Source: Microcystaceae cyanobacterium
Lineage (GTDB): Bacteria; Cyanobacteriota; Cyanobacteriia; Cyanobacteriales; Microcystaceae
Direction of reading: 5' to 3'
Assembly: GCA_041746575.1 (NCBI GenBank)
Contig: JBGTGT010000011.1
Coordinates: 92,660 to 156,659 of the forward strand
DNA: 64,000 bases
Made by a program: the position numbers and the translations under genes. Each line of letters begins with the position of its first letter. Within the stretch, counting starts at the first letter, position 1. Below are positions 40,954 to 51,108 of this stretch, piece after piece. The notes beneath the pieces were generated by a model that worked only from the letters and a program-made list of their open reading frames with translations, did no database searches and was not told where the DNA came from.

Positions 40954-41517
40954 TTAAGGTTTTTGAGGTTTATCTAAATACCAGCGTCGCCATGCCGTAG
41001 AGCTTCTAATCACAAGCCACAATAATATTAAGGCAATTAATCCCCCATTTTGAGGCGCATTGAAGGCAAATAACACCAGAATAATACATAAAATATCTTC
41101 TGCGCAAATAAACCAGATAGGCAAACGACGCAACCGGAAAAACCATCCGACTTGCACTAATTTAATCGCAAATGCCAAAATTCCCCCCACTAGCCCCATA
41201 ATCCACACCGGGCTAAAGTCAATCTCAGTAATTTCAATAACCGTAACTGCCAGCAAAGAACCAACGAGAGGACTAAAGATTAGTTGAATTAATTGGTTTA
41301 TTCTTTGACCTAATACGTTTTTTGAGCCAAATAACTCAAATAATGACCAACTAATTAAAATTGCCAAAATAACTTGTGGATGAATCTGAGAGATAATTGG
41401 TAAATTCTGCCAAACTTCCCGATAAAGTAAGCCAATAATCAGCAAGGGAACGCCGATTCTCATTCCTGCTGCTGCTGAGGCTGATAATGCCGCTAAGACT
41501 GCCAGCAACGTTACCAT
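40954..41517 (-). CDS. DUF4126-family membrane protein
   Basis: ALSASAAAGMRIGVPLL, ICAEDILC; hydrophobic. Confidence 0.7.
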   Translation of the reverse strand: MVTLLAVLAALSASAAAGMRIGVPLLIIGLLYREVWQNLPIISQIHPQVILAILISWSLFELFGSKNVLGQRINQLIQLIFSPLVGSLLAVTVIEITEIDFSPVWIMGLVGGILAFAIKLVQVGWFFRLRRLPIWFICAEDILCIILVLFAFNAPQNGGLIALILLWLVIRSSTAWRRWYLDKPQKP

Positions 41518-41653
41518 AGTTAACTAGATATGCTCCGATTAAGTCAGTAAATTATCTAATACACGGGAAAAGAAACAAACGTTTACTTTCTACTGGTTTT
41601 TATCAAGATATTTTTGATTTTACTGGAAGCCGTCCACCTTGAGGACGAGAAAA

Positions 41654-41669
41654 TGTAACGAATTATACA
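41654..41669 (+). promoter_or_regulatory. NtcA box between the divergent DUF4126 gene and gdhA
   Basis: TGTAACGAATTATACA = TGTA-N8-TACA. Confidence 0.6.
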
Positions 41670-41752
41670 ATTTACTCCCAGACGGGCTGACTCAACTCAG
41701 ATAATGAAGATAGGAACTTGTCAAGAATTCATCACTTTAGGAGTAACGAACG

Positions 41753-43048
41753 ATGTCCCAAACCCTTTTAGCGGATGCGAGTAGTCGCCTAGAATTGGCG
41801 TTAAAATACGTTAATGTTTCTGATGATGCCATAGAACGCTTAAAATATCCTAAAACCAGTTTAGCGGTTTCTATTCCCGTCAGAATGGATAATGGCTCTC
41901 TCCAAATCTTCCAAGGATATCGGGTTCGCTACGATGATACCAGAGGGCCGGGGAAAGGGGGGGTTCGCTATCATCCCAATGTCACAATGGATGAAGTGCA
42001 ATCTTTAGCCTTTTGGATGACCTTTAAGTGTGCCTTGTTGGACTTACCTTTTGGGGGTGCGAAGGGGGGAATTACTCTAAATCCGAAGGAATTGTCTCGT
42101 GCTGAACTTGAACGCCTCAGTCGGGGGTATATTGAAGGAATTGCTGACTTTATTGGCCCAGATACCGATATTCTTGCACCTGATGTCTATACCGACGCGA
42201 TGGTGATGGGGTGGATGATGGATCAATACAGCATTATCAGGCGCAAAAGTAGTCCGGGAGTAGTAACGGGTAAACCCTTGTCAATGGGAGGCAGTCAAGG
42301 CCGGAATCAAGCGACAGGAACGGGGGCTTATTATGTTATTGTGGCGATGATGGCGAAATTTGACCAAAAGCCAGAGGAAACCACTGTCGCCGTTCAAGGA
42401 TTTGGCAATGCGGGTTCAGTCGTTGCAGAACTCTTGTTTAAGGCAGGTTATAAAATCGTTGCAGTGAGCGATTCTAAAGGAGGTGTCTATGCAGCGAAAG
42501 GCTTAGACATTCCGAGTATCCATCATTATAAACAGGAACATCGAGGGATTAGTGCCGTTTATTGTGAAGATAGTGTGTGTGATATTGTAGAGCATAGTTG
42601 TATAAGTAACGAAGAATTATTGAGCTTAAATGTTGATATTTTGATTCCTGCCGCCTTAGAACGCCAGATTACTGCTGAAAATGCCCACAAAGTTCAGGCA
42701 AAATATATTTTTGAAGTCGCAAATGGCCCTATTACATCAGATGGCGATCGCATTTTAGAGGAAAAAGGGGTTTATGTCTTCCCTGACATTCTGGTGAATG
42801 CCGGAGGGGTAACAGTGAGTTACTTTGAATGGGTACAAAACCGCAGTGGATTATACTGGCGATTGAGTGAGGTAGAAGAGGGTATGAAAGGCAAAATGGT
42901 GTCAGAAGCCCGAGAAGTTTGGCATATTTCCCGCGAATTTGGTACTTCTTTACGAACATCGGCTTATATTCATAGCTTAAACCGCTTAGGGGAAGCCCTT
43001 GATGCCAAAGGGACAAGAGATTATTATCTCAATGGGGGACATCATTAG
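41753..43048 (+). CDS. gdhA: Glutamate dehydrogenase (Glu/Leu/Phe/Val dehydrogenase family)
   Basis: GPGKGGVRYHP, LPFGGAKGG, VQGFGNAG, EVANGP, NAGGVTVSYFEWVQN. Confidence 0.93.
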   Translation: MSQTLLADASSRLELALKYVNVSDDAIERLKYPKTSLAVSIPVRMDNGSLQIFQGYRVRYDDTRGPGKGGVRYHPNVTMDEVQSLAFWMTFKCALLDLPFGGAKGGITLNPKELSRAELERLSRGYIEGIADFIGPDTDILAPDVYTDAMVMGWMMDQYSIIRRKSSPGVVTGKPLSMGGSQGRNQATGTGAYYVIVAMMAKFDQKPEETTVAVQGFGNAGSVVAELLFKAGYKIVAVSDSKGGVYAAKGLDIPSIHHYKQEHRGISAVYCEDSVCDIVEHSCISNEELLSLNVDILIPAALERQITAENAHKVQAKYIFEVANGPITSDGDRILEEKGVYVFPDILVNAGGVTVSYFEWVQNRSGLYWRLSEVEEGMKGKMVSEAREVWHISREFGTSLRTSAYIHSLNRLGEALDAKGTRDYYLNGGHH

Positions 43049-43115
43049 GCTTTAGGGATGAGGTTTTCAGAGTGAATCGTCTAAAGTTAATCGTTAGAAA
43101 GATAGCAATTTACTA

Positions 43116-44762
43116 TTATCTGTTTCCTATTCCCTTTTTTCGAGAGAATACACTGATTAAACCCACTGTGAACAAGCTTAAGATAGCAGAGGGTTCAGGA
43201 ACTTGCGTAATGCCAAAAATACTGGTAGAACCACTGATTTCGTTGGCAACTACTAATAAAGGAGAACCGTTGGGACTATCCTCAGCGTCAATGAATAATA
43301 CCCCTTCTGGCCCTAAATCTCCCGCCAAGAGGCTACTAATAGGTTGCGTAAAATCCCGATTATTAGTGTAGGTGACAAAGGAAGGATTATTAGGATTCGT
43401 GATATCGTAAACCATCACGCCGCCAATGCGCTCAAGTCCGATAAACCCATAGACTTTACCCCCTATTCTGCCAATCGTAACGCCTTCTGGTTCGGGGCCT
43501 TTATCATCGCTGCGATTGTCAAAGGTATTATTATCATTACTGGCGTTAAAAAAGGTCGGTAATAATTGGGCTAATAAGACCTCAAATTCATTGCCACTAT
43601 CCCATACCAAAATTCCGTTTTCGTCCCAAATACTAAAGGAACGTGCGCCAAAAGCATAAAGCTGATCAAAGTCGCCATCATTGCCATTATCGCCTGATGT
43701 ATTGGTAATTGTTAAGCGACCAAGTCGAGCATTATTTTGAATGGTAGCATCAGGAAAGGCGGTTGGATCTAACATTAGACTGTTCACCCTTGCTTCTTCA
43801 CTGAAACCATCATAATCTCTGGCATCTCCTTCATTAGCTGTTACCAAATAGGTTTGATTATTAACGACGTAAGAAGCGATCGCATCGGGTTGATACATTC
43901 CAAAAAGATGGGTATAATTCTGAAGATTAATCATGCCATCTTGATTACTAGCATCTAGAGAATTTTTGGGTAAACTATGATCTTTAAATCCTAACGCCAC
44001 AATATCAGTAATGGTTTTACGATTGAGATCCAAAATGGCGATCGCATTATTTTCTTGTAGGGTAATCCAAGCCGTTGAACCATCATTATTAATCGTAATA
44101 TATTCGGGTTCTAAATCTTGCTGAATCGTTGCATTAAGTCCAAAAATTCGTACATTAGGATCGAGATTACTGCTATTAAAACCACTAAAATCAGCCGTCA
44201 TAACCGATGCCGCACCCACTCCCAAAGATAAATCAATGATACTAATTGAACCTTCAGGATCAATGGTATAATCGTCATTAGGTTCTCCTTCATTCGCTAC
44301 CAAAACGGCCATACCTGAGGGGGTAAATGTAAGCATATCAGGTAATGCACCAACGGTCACACGATTTAAGAAATTACCATTTGTATCAAAGAAAGAAACC
44401 ATCCCTGGCTCAGTCTTAACTAATGCTTGTTCAGCAACAGCAATAATGCCATTTTTGGCCGCAACACTATTAACGCCTCCTCCCATTAAACTAATAGGAG
44501 AAAGTGCCATCGGATTCCTTGGATTGCTGATATCTAAAACGGTTAATTGATTGGCACTTCCATTGACAACAAATAATCGTTGACTGACGGGATCATACGC
44601 CGAAATTTCCGCCGCACCCTCATCAAAAATTCCTGTTGTATGTGTTCCTAATAATTCTAGGGAAAGGGTCATGGCAACGGCAGAAGATGAAGAAGCAATG
44701 AAAAAGCCAACAACTGATAAAGAAAGTGTTATTATTTGTTTAAGGTTTGGTAAAGACATCAT
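43116..44762 (-). CDS. Choice-of-anchor I / alkaline-phosphatase-associated beta-propeller protein with PEP-CTERM
   Basis: GAAEISAYD, VGALPDM, ANEGEP, GMYQPDAIA, RSDDKGPEPEG, VANEISGS; VPEPS + TM + RKK. Confidence 0.88.
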   Translation of the reverse strand: MMSLPNLKQIITLSLSVVGFFIASSSSAVAMTLSLELLGTHTTGIFDEGAAEISAYDPVSQRLFVVNGSANQLTVLDISNPRNPMALSPISLMGGGVNSVAAKNGIIAVAEQALVKTEPGMVSFFDTNGNFLNRVTVGALPDMLTFTPSGMAVLVANEGEPNDDYTIDPEGSISIIDLSLGVGAASVMTADFSGFNSSNLDPNVRIFGLNATIQQDLEPEYITINNDGSTAWITLQENNAIAILDLNRKTITDIVALGFKDHSLPKNSLDASNQDGMINLQNYTHLFGMYQPDAIASYVVNNQTYLVTANEGDARDYDGFSEEARVNSLMLDPTAFPDATIQNNARLGRLTITNTSGDNGNDGDFDQLYAFGARSFSIWDENGILVWDSGNEFEVLLAQLLPTFFNASNDNNTFDNRSDDKGPEPEGVTIGRIGGKVYGFIGLERIGGVMVYDITNPNNPSFVTYTNNRDFTQPISSLLAGDLGPEGVLFIDAEDSPNGSPLLVVANEISGSTSIFGITQVPEPSAILSLFTVGLISVFSRKKGIGNR

Positions 44763-45179
44763 AGGATAAAATCGAGCCTTGAATGATTGGAATAATTATC
44801 TCTAAGCTACCCAAATTATATGCTTAAAACCTTTAAAATTATCTTTATTTTTTGCCTTTAAATCTTAAAGTTATCTTCTGTTTTCTCAAAGCCCATTTTT
44901 TGATAATGTTCATCACGCCTGAGGATTTATACAAGTCAATCAGGAGACATATCCTTTTTTCGTCCCCCACAAACTTAATTAATCTTAACAAAATTTAAGG
45001 ATAGAATAGAATAAAGAATATCCAAAGAAGGAAGAAAGAAGCTTTAGTTTCTTGTTACGCTGGTTGAGAGAATAAGGTCTGTAAAGTAAAAGATGACCTC
45101 CCCTATCAGTCTTAGTGCTGACCGTCATTAAACAAAATTACTCCTTATGGCTCAAAGTTTCAAAAGCAAGGAGATAAAA

Positions 45180-45401
45180 ATGGCTAACGATTCCCAAAAA
45201 CCTAAAGTTTGTTTAGTTGATTACTATTTGGATGGCTACTACCATCATTGGGAAGAAATCGATGGAAAAAACTTTCCAGTAGTAGGTAGTCAACATAAGT
45301 TACTTGACCCAGAAAAGGGAGAGAAAGAATTTAAAGTAATAAAAATTAGCCCTATTAGTGAAGATGAGTATCATGTGATGTTGAGCAGTGAAACAGAATA
45401 A
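45180..45401 (+). CDS. Small hypothetical protein
   Basis: AAGGAG RBS before ATG 45180; 73-aa ORF. Confidence 0.55.
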   Translation: MANDSQKPKVCLVDYYLDGYYHHWEEIDGKNFPVVGSQHKLLDPEKGEKEFKVIKISPISEDEYHVMLSSETE

Positions 45402-45583
45402 CTTTTCTGCTCAGTCTTTTTACTAATTTACTTCAATTTTCAATTAAGACGCGTTGCTAATTTTAGGATGAATCTATTTCTATTTTGTCAATTTGAGAGC
45501 AATAAAAAAGGATTCATCCAGCAACGTTCTATTTTGAATTTTTGGGTAATTAAGCTACAAAAAACTTTAGTTATAAAAAAAAG

Positions 45584-46987
45584 CTATTGTTCTAAATATT
45601 CCTGTATATTTTGGACAATCCAGATGGCTTCTTCGTCGGTTAAGCCATAGCCAAAGGTGTCGCAAATATTACCAAGTATGATTTTAACTTGAGAAATACC
45701 TTCCGATTGATCCAATATAACACTTTGAATGTAATTTTTATGAATGACTTTGGATTTAACTTTCCATAAATTACCTAATATCCGATGATCAATAATAAGA
45801 TGCTTGTCCGTTAATTCTAAGCGATATTCCATCAATAAATGCCCCACAACACTCGTAATAATAATAGCCATTAAATAAATAGATAAAATTGGATTGATTA
45901 TAACCGACAAATAACCTAGAATTGCCAACATTCCTAAGAAAGGCAACATCATACCGACAAAAAAGATACTTCCTGCATTCAGAAGAAAAATAATTAAAGC
46001 AATTGTCCCTCCCTTTTTCATTAAAGTGTACCAGAGATGTTGACGTGCCTTTTGTTCAAATTCTCTGGCAGGAATAATGATCTCAAGTTTATGGGGTGTC
46101 TTTATCATTTTAATATCTGTTATTTTAGGAGAAAATATTGCCTCAGTAGGAATTATTTTCTCTGACGATTGAGCCATAATCTTAGGAGATTCTAAAGTCT
46201 TTAAAGCAATAGACGCTTTACTAAATCGTTTCTCAAGGGTATCCGTCATCTTCTGTAACCAACGCAGAAAATGAGGCTGAATAGTTACTTTATCAGCAAA
46301 TTGAAGACGATAATCTTGATGGGGTAAATTGGCCGGCGAAATTCCCGTTAAAAGATGAATTAAAGTTGCGCCTAACCCGTATAAATCCGAGGCAAAAACC
46401 GCTTTTCCCCAGAATTGTTCTAAAGGCGCATAACCACTGGTTCCAACGACCGTAAACGTGACTCCTGTTACAGATGCTTGTGCTTGTACTGCTCCAAAAT
46501 CTACTAAATAAATTTTATCATCTTCCCCTAAAATTAAATTACTGGGTTTAATATCTCGATGCAAAACGGGGGGACTTAAACCATGAAGATAAACGAGAAT
46601 TTCTAAAACCTCAATGGCAATTTGCCTTACTTGATTTTCGGTAAAGCGATGCTGTTTATCGAGTAGCGCTTGTAGGGACTGTCCTGCTATATAATCCTGT
46701 ACTAAGGCAAACCAATGAACCCCCCCCCCTATCGTTTTATCAATGTTAAAATAATCTCGATAACGAGGGATTCTTGGATGATTCAACGCTTCTAAAACCT
46801 GTGCTTCCCGTTCAAATAATTTTAATTCTTCCCACTGCATTTCTGGGCTAAAGGCCAATAATTTTAAGGCGACTTTTTCTTGGGTAGTTAAATCCAGACA
46901 TAACCAAGTGTGACGCCCTTTAGCGGTTTGTCCTAAACGGTCTTTCAGTTGATAGCGATCGCTTAAAATAATCTCAGATTCAAACAT
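45584..46987 (-). CDS. Hanks-type Ser/Thr protein kinase with C-terminal membrane domain
   Basis: VALK, FEREA, VLHRDIKPSNL, DFG, GTSGYAPLEQ, SDLYGLG. Confidence 0.92.
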   Translation of the reverse strand: MFESEIILSDRYQLKDRLGQTAKGRHTWLCLDLTTQEKVALKLLAFSPEMQWEELKLFEREAQVLEALNHPRIPRYRDYFNIDKTIGGGVHWFALVQDYIAGQSLQALLDKQHRFTENQVRQIAIEVLEILVYLHGLSPPVLHRDIKPSNLILGEDDKIYLVDFGAVQAQASVTGVTFTVVGTSGYAPLEQFWGKAVFASDLYGLGATLIHLLTGISPANLPHQDYRLQFADKVTIQPHFLRWLQKMTDTLEKRFSKASIALKTLESPKIMAQSSEKIIPTEAIFSPKITDIKMIKTPHKLEIIIPAREFEQKARQHLWYTLMKKGGTIALIIFLLNAGSIFFVGMMLPFLGMLAILGYLSVIINPILSIYLMAIIITSVVGHLLMEYRLELTDKHLIIDHRILGNLWKVKSKVIHKNYIQSVILDQSEGISQVKIILGNICDTFGYGLTDEEAIWIVQNIQEYLEQ

Positions 46988-47166
46988 TAGAGAGTAAGGT
47001 GTCTATAGACCAGAAGAAGAATACCCTAACTATACCCATTCTTCCTAGCGGAATTGTCATTAAATAAAGATTTTAAATTCGCTAAACATTGTCACAAATT
47101 CCCTTGAATAGGCAAATTCTCTCTCCCTAATGACTTGAATCTCTCCCGCTCAATCAGTTACTTAGG

Positions 47167-47403
47167 TCAAACAGAGATCGTTTCTTTTTCTTCGGAATAG
47201 GACAAATGATAGGATTTTTCAAGTTGAACGACCTCTTCACAGCATTCCCAAGGTGTTTTAAAGGCGTGCGTCGCTAAAGCACAAGCTTTCCAGTTTGCTT
47301 CTACAGGAACATCAAATTGCTGACAAACTCCGCCCCGTCGTCCTTCCGTGTTAAAGTAGCGGCAGTAGCGACAGGATGAGGTGAGAAAATTAGCGGTTTT
47401 CAT
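47167..47403 (-). CDS. Small conserved Cys-rich cyanobacterial protein
   Basis: SCRYCRYF..EGRRGGVCQQ..VPV...WKACALA motif. Confidence 0.7.
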   Translation of the reverse strand: MKTANFLTSSCRYCRYFNTEGRRGGVCQQFDVPVEANWKACALATHAFKTPWECCEEVVQLEKSYHLSYSEEKETISV

Positions 47404-48253
47404 AAGACACGCTCTAATAAATTTTTCTTAAAAAGTAAAACCTTAAATGTCAGGTTCTCATTATATTTTCCTATATATCTATCTCAACCTTGATCATCCA
47501 TAATGATGATTCTCCATAAATTTCAGCGATTCCTCATCCCCTGAAGTCTTTATTATCTCTTAAGATTCTAGTTACAAAGCGACACAAAGACAGAAGGATT
47601 TAATTTTGCACCTACGATAAACCGACTGATTTTGCAGTTCATCCTACGGGGATCATGCTTAAGAGTGATTTTAATGAGCGAATGACTATATTTAACAAAG
47701 TCTTAATAGTTCAGGATTCCTTAGAAAAATACTCCGCCACTGAGACTAATAAGTATAAAAGCTTATTGACGCTTTATGATTTTTGGATGCTGGAACTTAT
47801 TTTAACGCTCCCAGTCTGACGGAAGAGATCCAGATAAAGCAGGGTTATTCAATCGGATTCAAGATCAGCACAGGAATTATTTCGACCGATTGGGGCATTT
47901 TTTGAGACCAAGATAAAAATTAAAACTAGATAAAATGAGTTAATTTTATCCATAAAAATTGAAATAAACGAATAATGTAAAAATAGGCACTTATTTAAAA
48001 AACTGCTCGAAAATATGTTATGATTTTTAGTATGAGAAAACAAACTGCATCAATAACCGTTGTCACTCCTGACAAATACGAATTATCTTGGGCTTGATAG
48101 AATAATCTTTGTGTGAGATATCGTACTTTTTGATTTTTGAGAAGATAAAATTAACAATCCTTCTTTTGAAAAGCAGGACTGAAGAATACAAAGAATTTAA
48201 AAATTAAATTCTTTGAAGTATTGTTTACTCATTTATTTAGTAGAGGCATCATT

Positions 48254-48361
48254 ATGGCTGAGCGAAAAGGCAATAAAGAAGTGAAAAAAGCAAAAAAGCC
48301 ATCGGATGGCACAAAAAAAACTAAAAAAGATCCCAAACGATATGATGGACTCTCATCATAG
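48254..48361 (+). CDS. Unannotated 35-aa Lys-rich small protein
   Basis: AGAGG RBS; translates as MAERKGNKEVKKAKKPSDGTKKTKKDPKRYDGLSS*. Confidence 0.55.
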   Translation: MAERKGNKEVKKAKKPSDGTKKTKKDPKRYDGLSS

Positions 48362-48428
48362 TAATCGCTTATCAACTTCGTTTAAACCGAGGGGTCAGGA
48401 TAATTTTACGTTCAAGAGATTAATAAAC

Positions 48429-48647
48429 ATGGCTACTCGCTATAATCCTTCCGTTTATCAGGAACTTCGATATCAAGCTCTTCCCATTATTCCATTTCGA
48501 GAAACAGAACCGCTCTTAAGTTGGTTAAAACGAACGGGACGATTACAAAAACGCCAAATTGATCCATCAGTTGCTAATAAAATTCCAGAAGAACTAGATG
48601 ACATTATAGAGACAGAACTTTATAGTCGACTAGAAGAAGAGGAATAA
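48429..48647 (+). CDS. DUF3134-like small protein
   Basis: YNPS...IIP...LLSWLKRTGRL with acidic tail; ATG 48429 preferred to 48306. Confidence 0.6.
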   Translation: MATRYNPSVYQELRYQALPIIPFRETEPLLSWLKRTGRLQKRQIDPSVANKIPEELDDIIETELYSRLEEEE

Positions 48648-48864
48648 AAAGCAACTTTGCCTAAGTTCAATCTCTTAAAAACAATCGAGCGTGGCGGAAA
48701 AATTTATAATTTCGTCCCTCGTCATTTTGCTTCTTGTTTCCTGACTGCTAAGAGAATATTAGAGTCCCCTATATTTTTAGTTAAATCTGATCCCCTCTTT
48801 CAATCTTACAAAAAAACGCTATTTAATCGTAAAAAAAAAACTTAATTTAAAAAAATTTGATGAC

Positions 48865-50010
48865 ATGAAACACAAAAAAAAAACAGCTTTAATCTATTGT
48901 GAAAATCAGTTTGGACTGATGGATGGAAAAACGGCGGCTGGATTGGTTCGACACTCTGAGATTTACACCATTGTCGGTATAATCGATAGTTCTTTAAGGG
49001 GTAAAGATGCAGGAGAAGTATTAGACAATCAAAAGAATAATATTCCGATTTTTGAAAATTTACAGGACGCGTTAGCAAATCTAGCAACCGTTCCCCATTG
49101 TTATATTTATGGAAAAGCTCCCCTAGATGCTTTTCTTTCTCCAGAAGAAAGATTTCTGATCTTAGAAGCCATGGAACAAGGAATGGATATCATTAATGGT
49201 CTTCACGAATTCTTTTCAGACGATCAAGAATTTATGCATAAAGCGGTGCAGTGTGATATTCAAATCAGAGATATTAGAAAACCTCCCAAATTAAAAGACC
49301 TTCATGTTTTTACTAATCAGATATCAAAGGTTAACGTTCCGGTTATTGCCATATTAGGAACAGATTGTGCTTGTGGCAAAATGACAACCGCCGTAGAACT
49401 TAATAAAACCTTAAATCGCTTAGGCATTAAATCTGTGTTAGTGGGGACAGGGCAAACTAGCTTAATGCAAGGGGCAAAATACGGAATATCAATGGATGCA
49501 CTCGTTTCTCAATTTGTGATTGGTGAAATAGAAAATGCCGTTGTTCAAGCGTTTGAAAATGAAAATCCCGATCTGATTTTAGTCGAAGGACAAAGTGCCG
49601 TCAGTCATCCCGCTTTTATGAGTTCTCTGGGAATTTTAAAAGGAAGTATGCCCGATGGAATTATTCTGCAACATCCGCCTGCTAGAAAATTTCGCTGTGA
49701 TTTTCCCCATTTAGTGATGCCAACAATTGAGGGTGAAATTCGACTCATTGAAGCAATTTCATCGGCTCAAGTCATCGCTATCACCTTAAGCCACGAAAAC
49801 TTAACTGACGCAGAAATCTTAGCGATTATAGACGAGTATGAAGATCATTTTCAATTACCGACGACCGATGTATTAAAATATGGATGCCAAAAACTGATTC
49901 AAGCATTAAGCCATCATTTTCTTAAGCTCAAGCCAAAAGTTACAGCCGATCATTTAGCAAAAGTTCCCCTCTTAACAATGAGACAACCACAAATAGTAGG
50001 GAAGTCATAA
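48865..50010 (+). CDS. DUF1611 family P-loop protein (DgcN/D-glutamate N-acetyltransferase-like)
   Basis: GKTAAGLVRH, IINGLHEF, GTDCACGKMTTA, GTGQT, VEGQSAVSHP. Confidence 0.88.
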   Translation: MKHKKKTALIYCENQFGLMDGKTAAGLVRHSEIYTIVGIIDSSLRGKDAGEVLDNQKNNIPIFENLQDALANLATVPHCYIYGKAPLDAFLSPEERFLILEAMEQGMDIINGLHEFFSDDQEFMHKAVQCDIQIRDIRKPPKLKDLHVFTNQISKVNVPVIAILGTDCACGKMTTAVELNKTLNRLGIKSVLVGTGQTSLMQGAKYGISMDALVSQFVIGEIENAVVQAFENENPDLILVEGQSAVSHPAFMSSLGILKGSMPDGIILQHPPARKFRCDFPHLVMPTIEGEIRLIEAISSAQVIAITLSHENLTDAEILAIIDEYEDHFQLPTTDVLKYGCQKLIQALSHHFLKLKPKVTADHLAKVPLLTMRQPQIVGKS

Positions 50011-51108
50011 GTGTTGATGCCAAGGATAGAAATATCTTTAGACAAAATACAGCATAATACTCAATTTCTCTGTCATCTTTATAAACAAAGAGGAATTTCT
50101 TTAATGGGGGTTTCTAAAGGCGTATTAGGAGATCCTTTGGTTGCTAAGGCTATGGTTCAAGGGGGGGTAAAATTTATTGCTGATTCTCGCCTCGAAAATA
50201 TCCAAAAAATGAGAAAAGCGGGAATACCGACACCGTTTGTCCTATTACGCACTGCCTTAAGTCAAGCAGAATCAATCGTTAGAAGTGCGGATATTAGCCT
50301 AAATACTGAACTTGAAACCATCAAAGAACTCTCTTATTATGCCCAAGCACAGCAGAAAACTCACCTAATTATCATTATGGTAGAGTTAGGGGATCTCCGA
50401 GAAGGAATACTGCCCAAAGATCTTTCTCAATTTGTTGCAAAAACCCTTTCCTTTCCCTTTATCAAAATTATCGGCATTGGCTGTAACTTGGCTTGTTACG
50501 GAGGAGTCAAACCCGATGAAACAAAAATGCAGGAATTATCCGCCCTAGCTGAGCGGATAGAAACGGAATTTTCGCTCAAATTAGCCCTTATTTCTGGGGG
50601 GAATTCAGCCAATCATGAATGGTACCAATCCGCAAAAACGGTGGAACGGATTAACAACCTTCGTTTAGGAGAATTAATTCTTTTAGGTCGTGAAACTATC
50701 AATCGTAAAGCGATTTCTGGCTTATATACCAACGCTTTCCAGCTAATTGCTGAAGTAATCGAGGCGAAAGAAAAGCCCTCTTTGCCTTATGGTGAAATCG
50801 GTCAGGATGCCTTTGGCGATGTTCCTCACTTTTTAGATCGAGGTATTCACCAGAGAATTATTATTGCTTTAGGTAGGCAAGATATTGGAGTATCTGGTTT
50901 AAGATTAAGTTATCATTTTACCGTGCTCGGTTCTAGTAGCGATCATTTAATTCTCCATAGCCAGCATGATCATTTAAAAGTCGGCAATGAAGTCAATTTT
51001 AACCTCAATTACGGCGGACTTCTTTCAGCGATGACTTCTCCTTTTATCAAAAAGAATTATATAACCAATACAAAGGGATTTTATGAAAACCTTATTACTT
51101 TACCCTAA
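50011..51108 (+). CDS. PLP-dependent alanine/ornithine racemase family protein
   Basis: GVSKG (PLP Lys), ADSRLENI, MVELGDLREG, ISGGNS, INNLRLGE, GSSSDHL. Confidence 0.88.
   Translation: MLMPRIEISLDKIQHNTQFLCHLYKQRGISLMGVSKGVLGDPLVAKAMVQGGVKFIADSRLENIQKMRKAGIPTPFVLLRTALSQAESIVRSADISLNTELETIKELSYYAQAQQKTHLIIIMVELGDLREGILPKDLSQFVAKTLSFPFIKIIGIGCNLACYGGVKPDETKMQELSALAERIETEFSLKLALISGGNSANHEWYQSAKTVERINNLRLGELILLGRETINRKAISGLYTNAFQLIAEVIEAKEKPSLPYGEIGQDAFGDVPHFLDRGIHQRIIIALGRQDIGVSGLRLSYHFTVLGSSSDHLILHSQHDHLKVGNEVNFNLNYGGLLSAMTSPFIKKNYITNTKGFYENLITLP

Noticed and set aside
44820..45000. Pho (SphR) box upstream of the alkaline-phosphatase-like gene
   Set aside because: TTAA repeats are present, but spacing and orientation do not cleanly fit three YTTAAYYW units at 11-bp period; they cannot be told apart from AT-rich background.
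48306..48428. N-terminal extension of the DUF3134-like ORF
   Set aside because: It overlaps the Lys-rich small ORF in another frame, and family similarity begins at ATG 48429.
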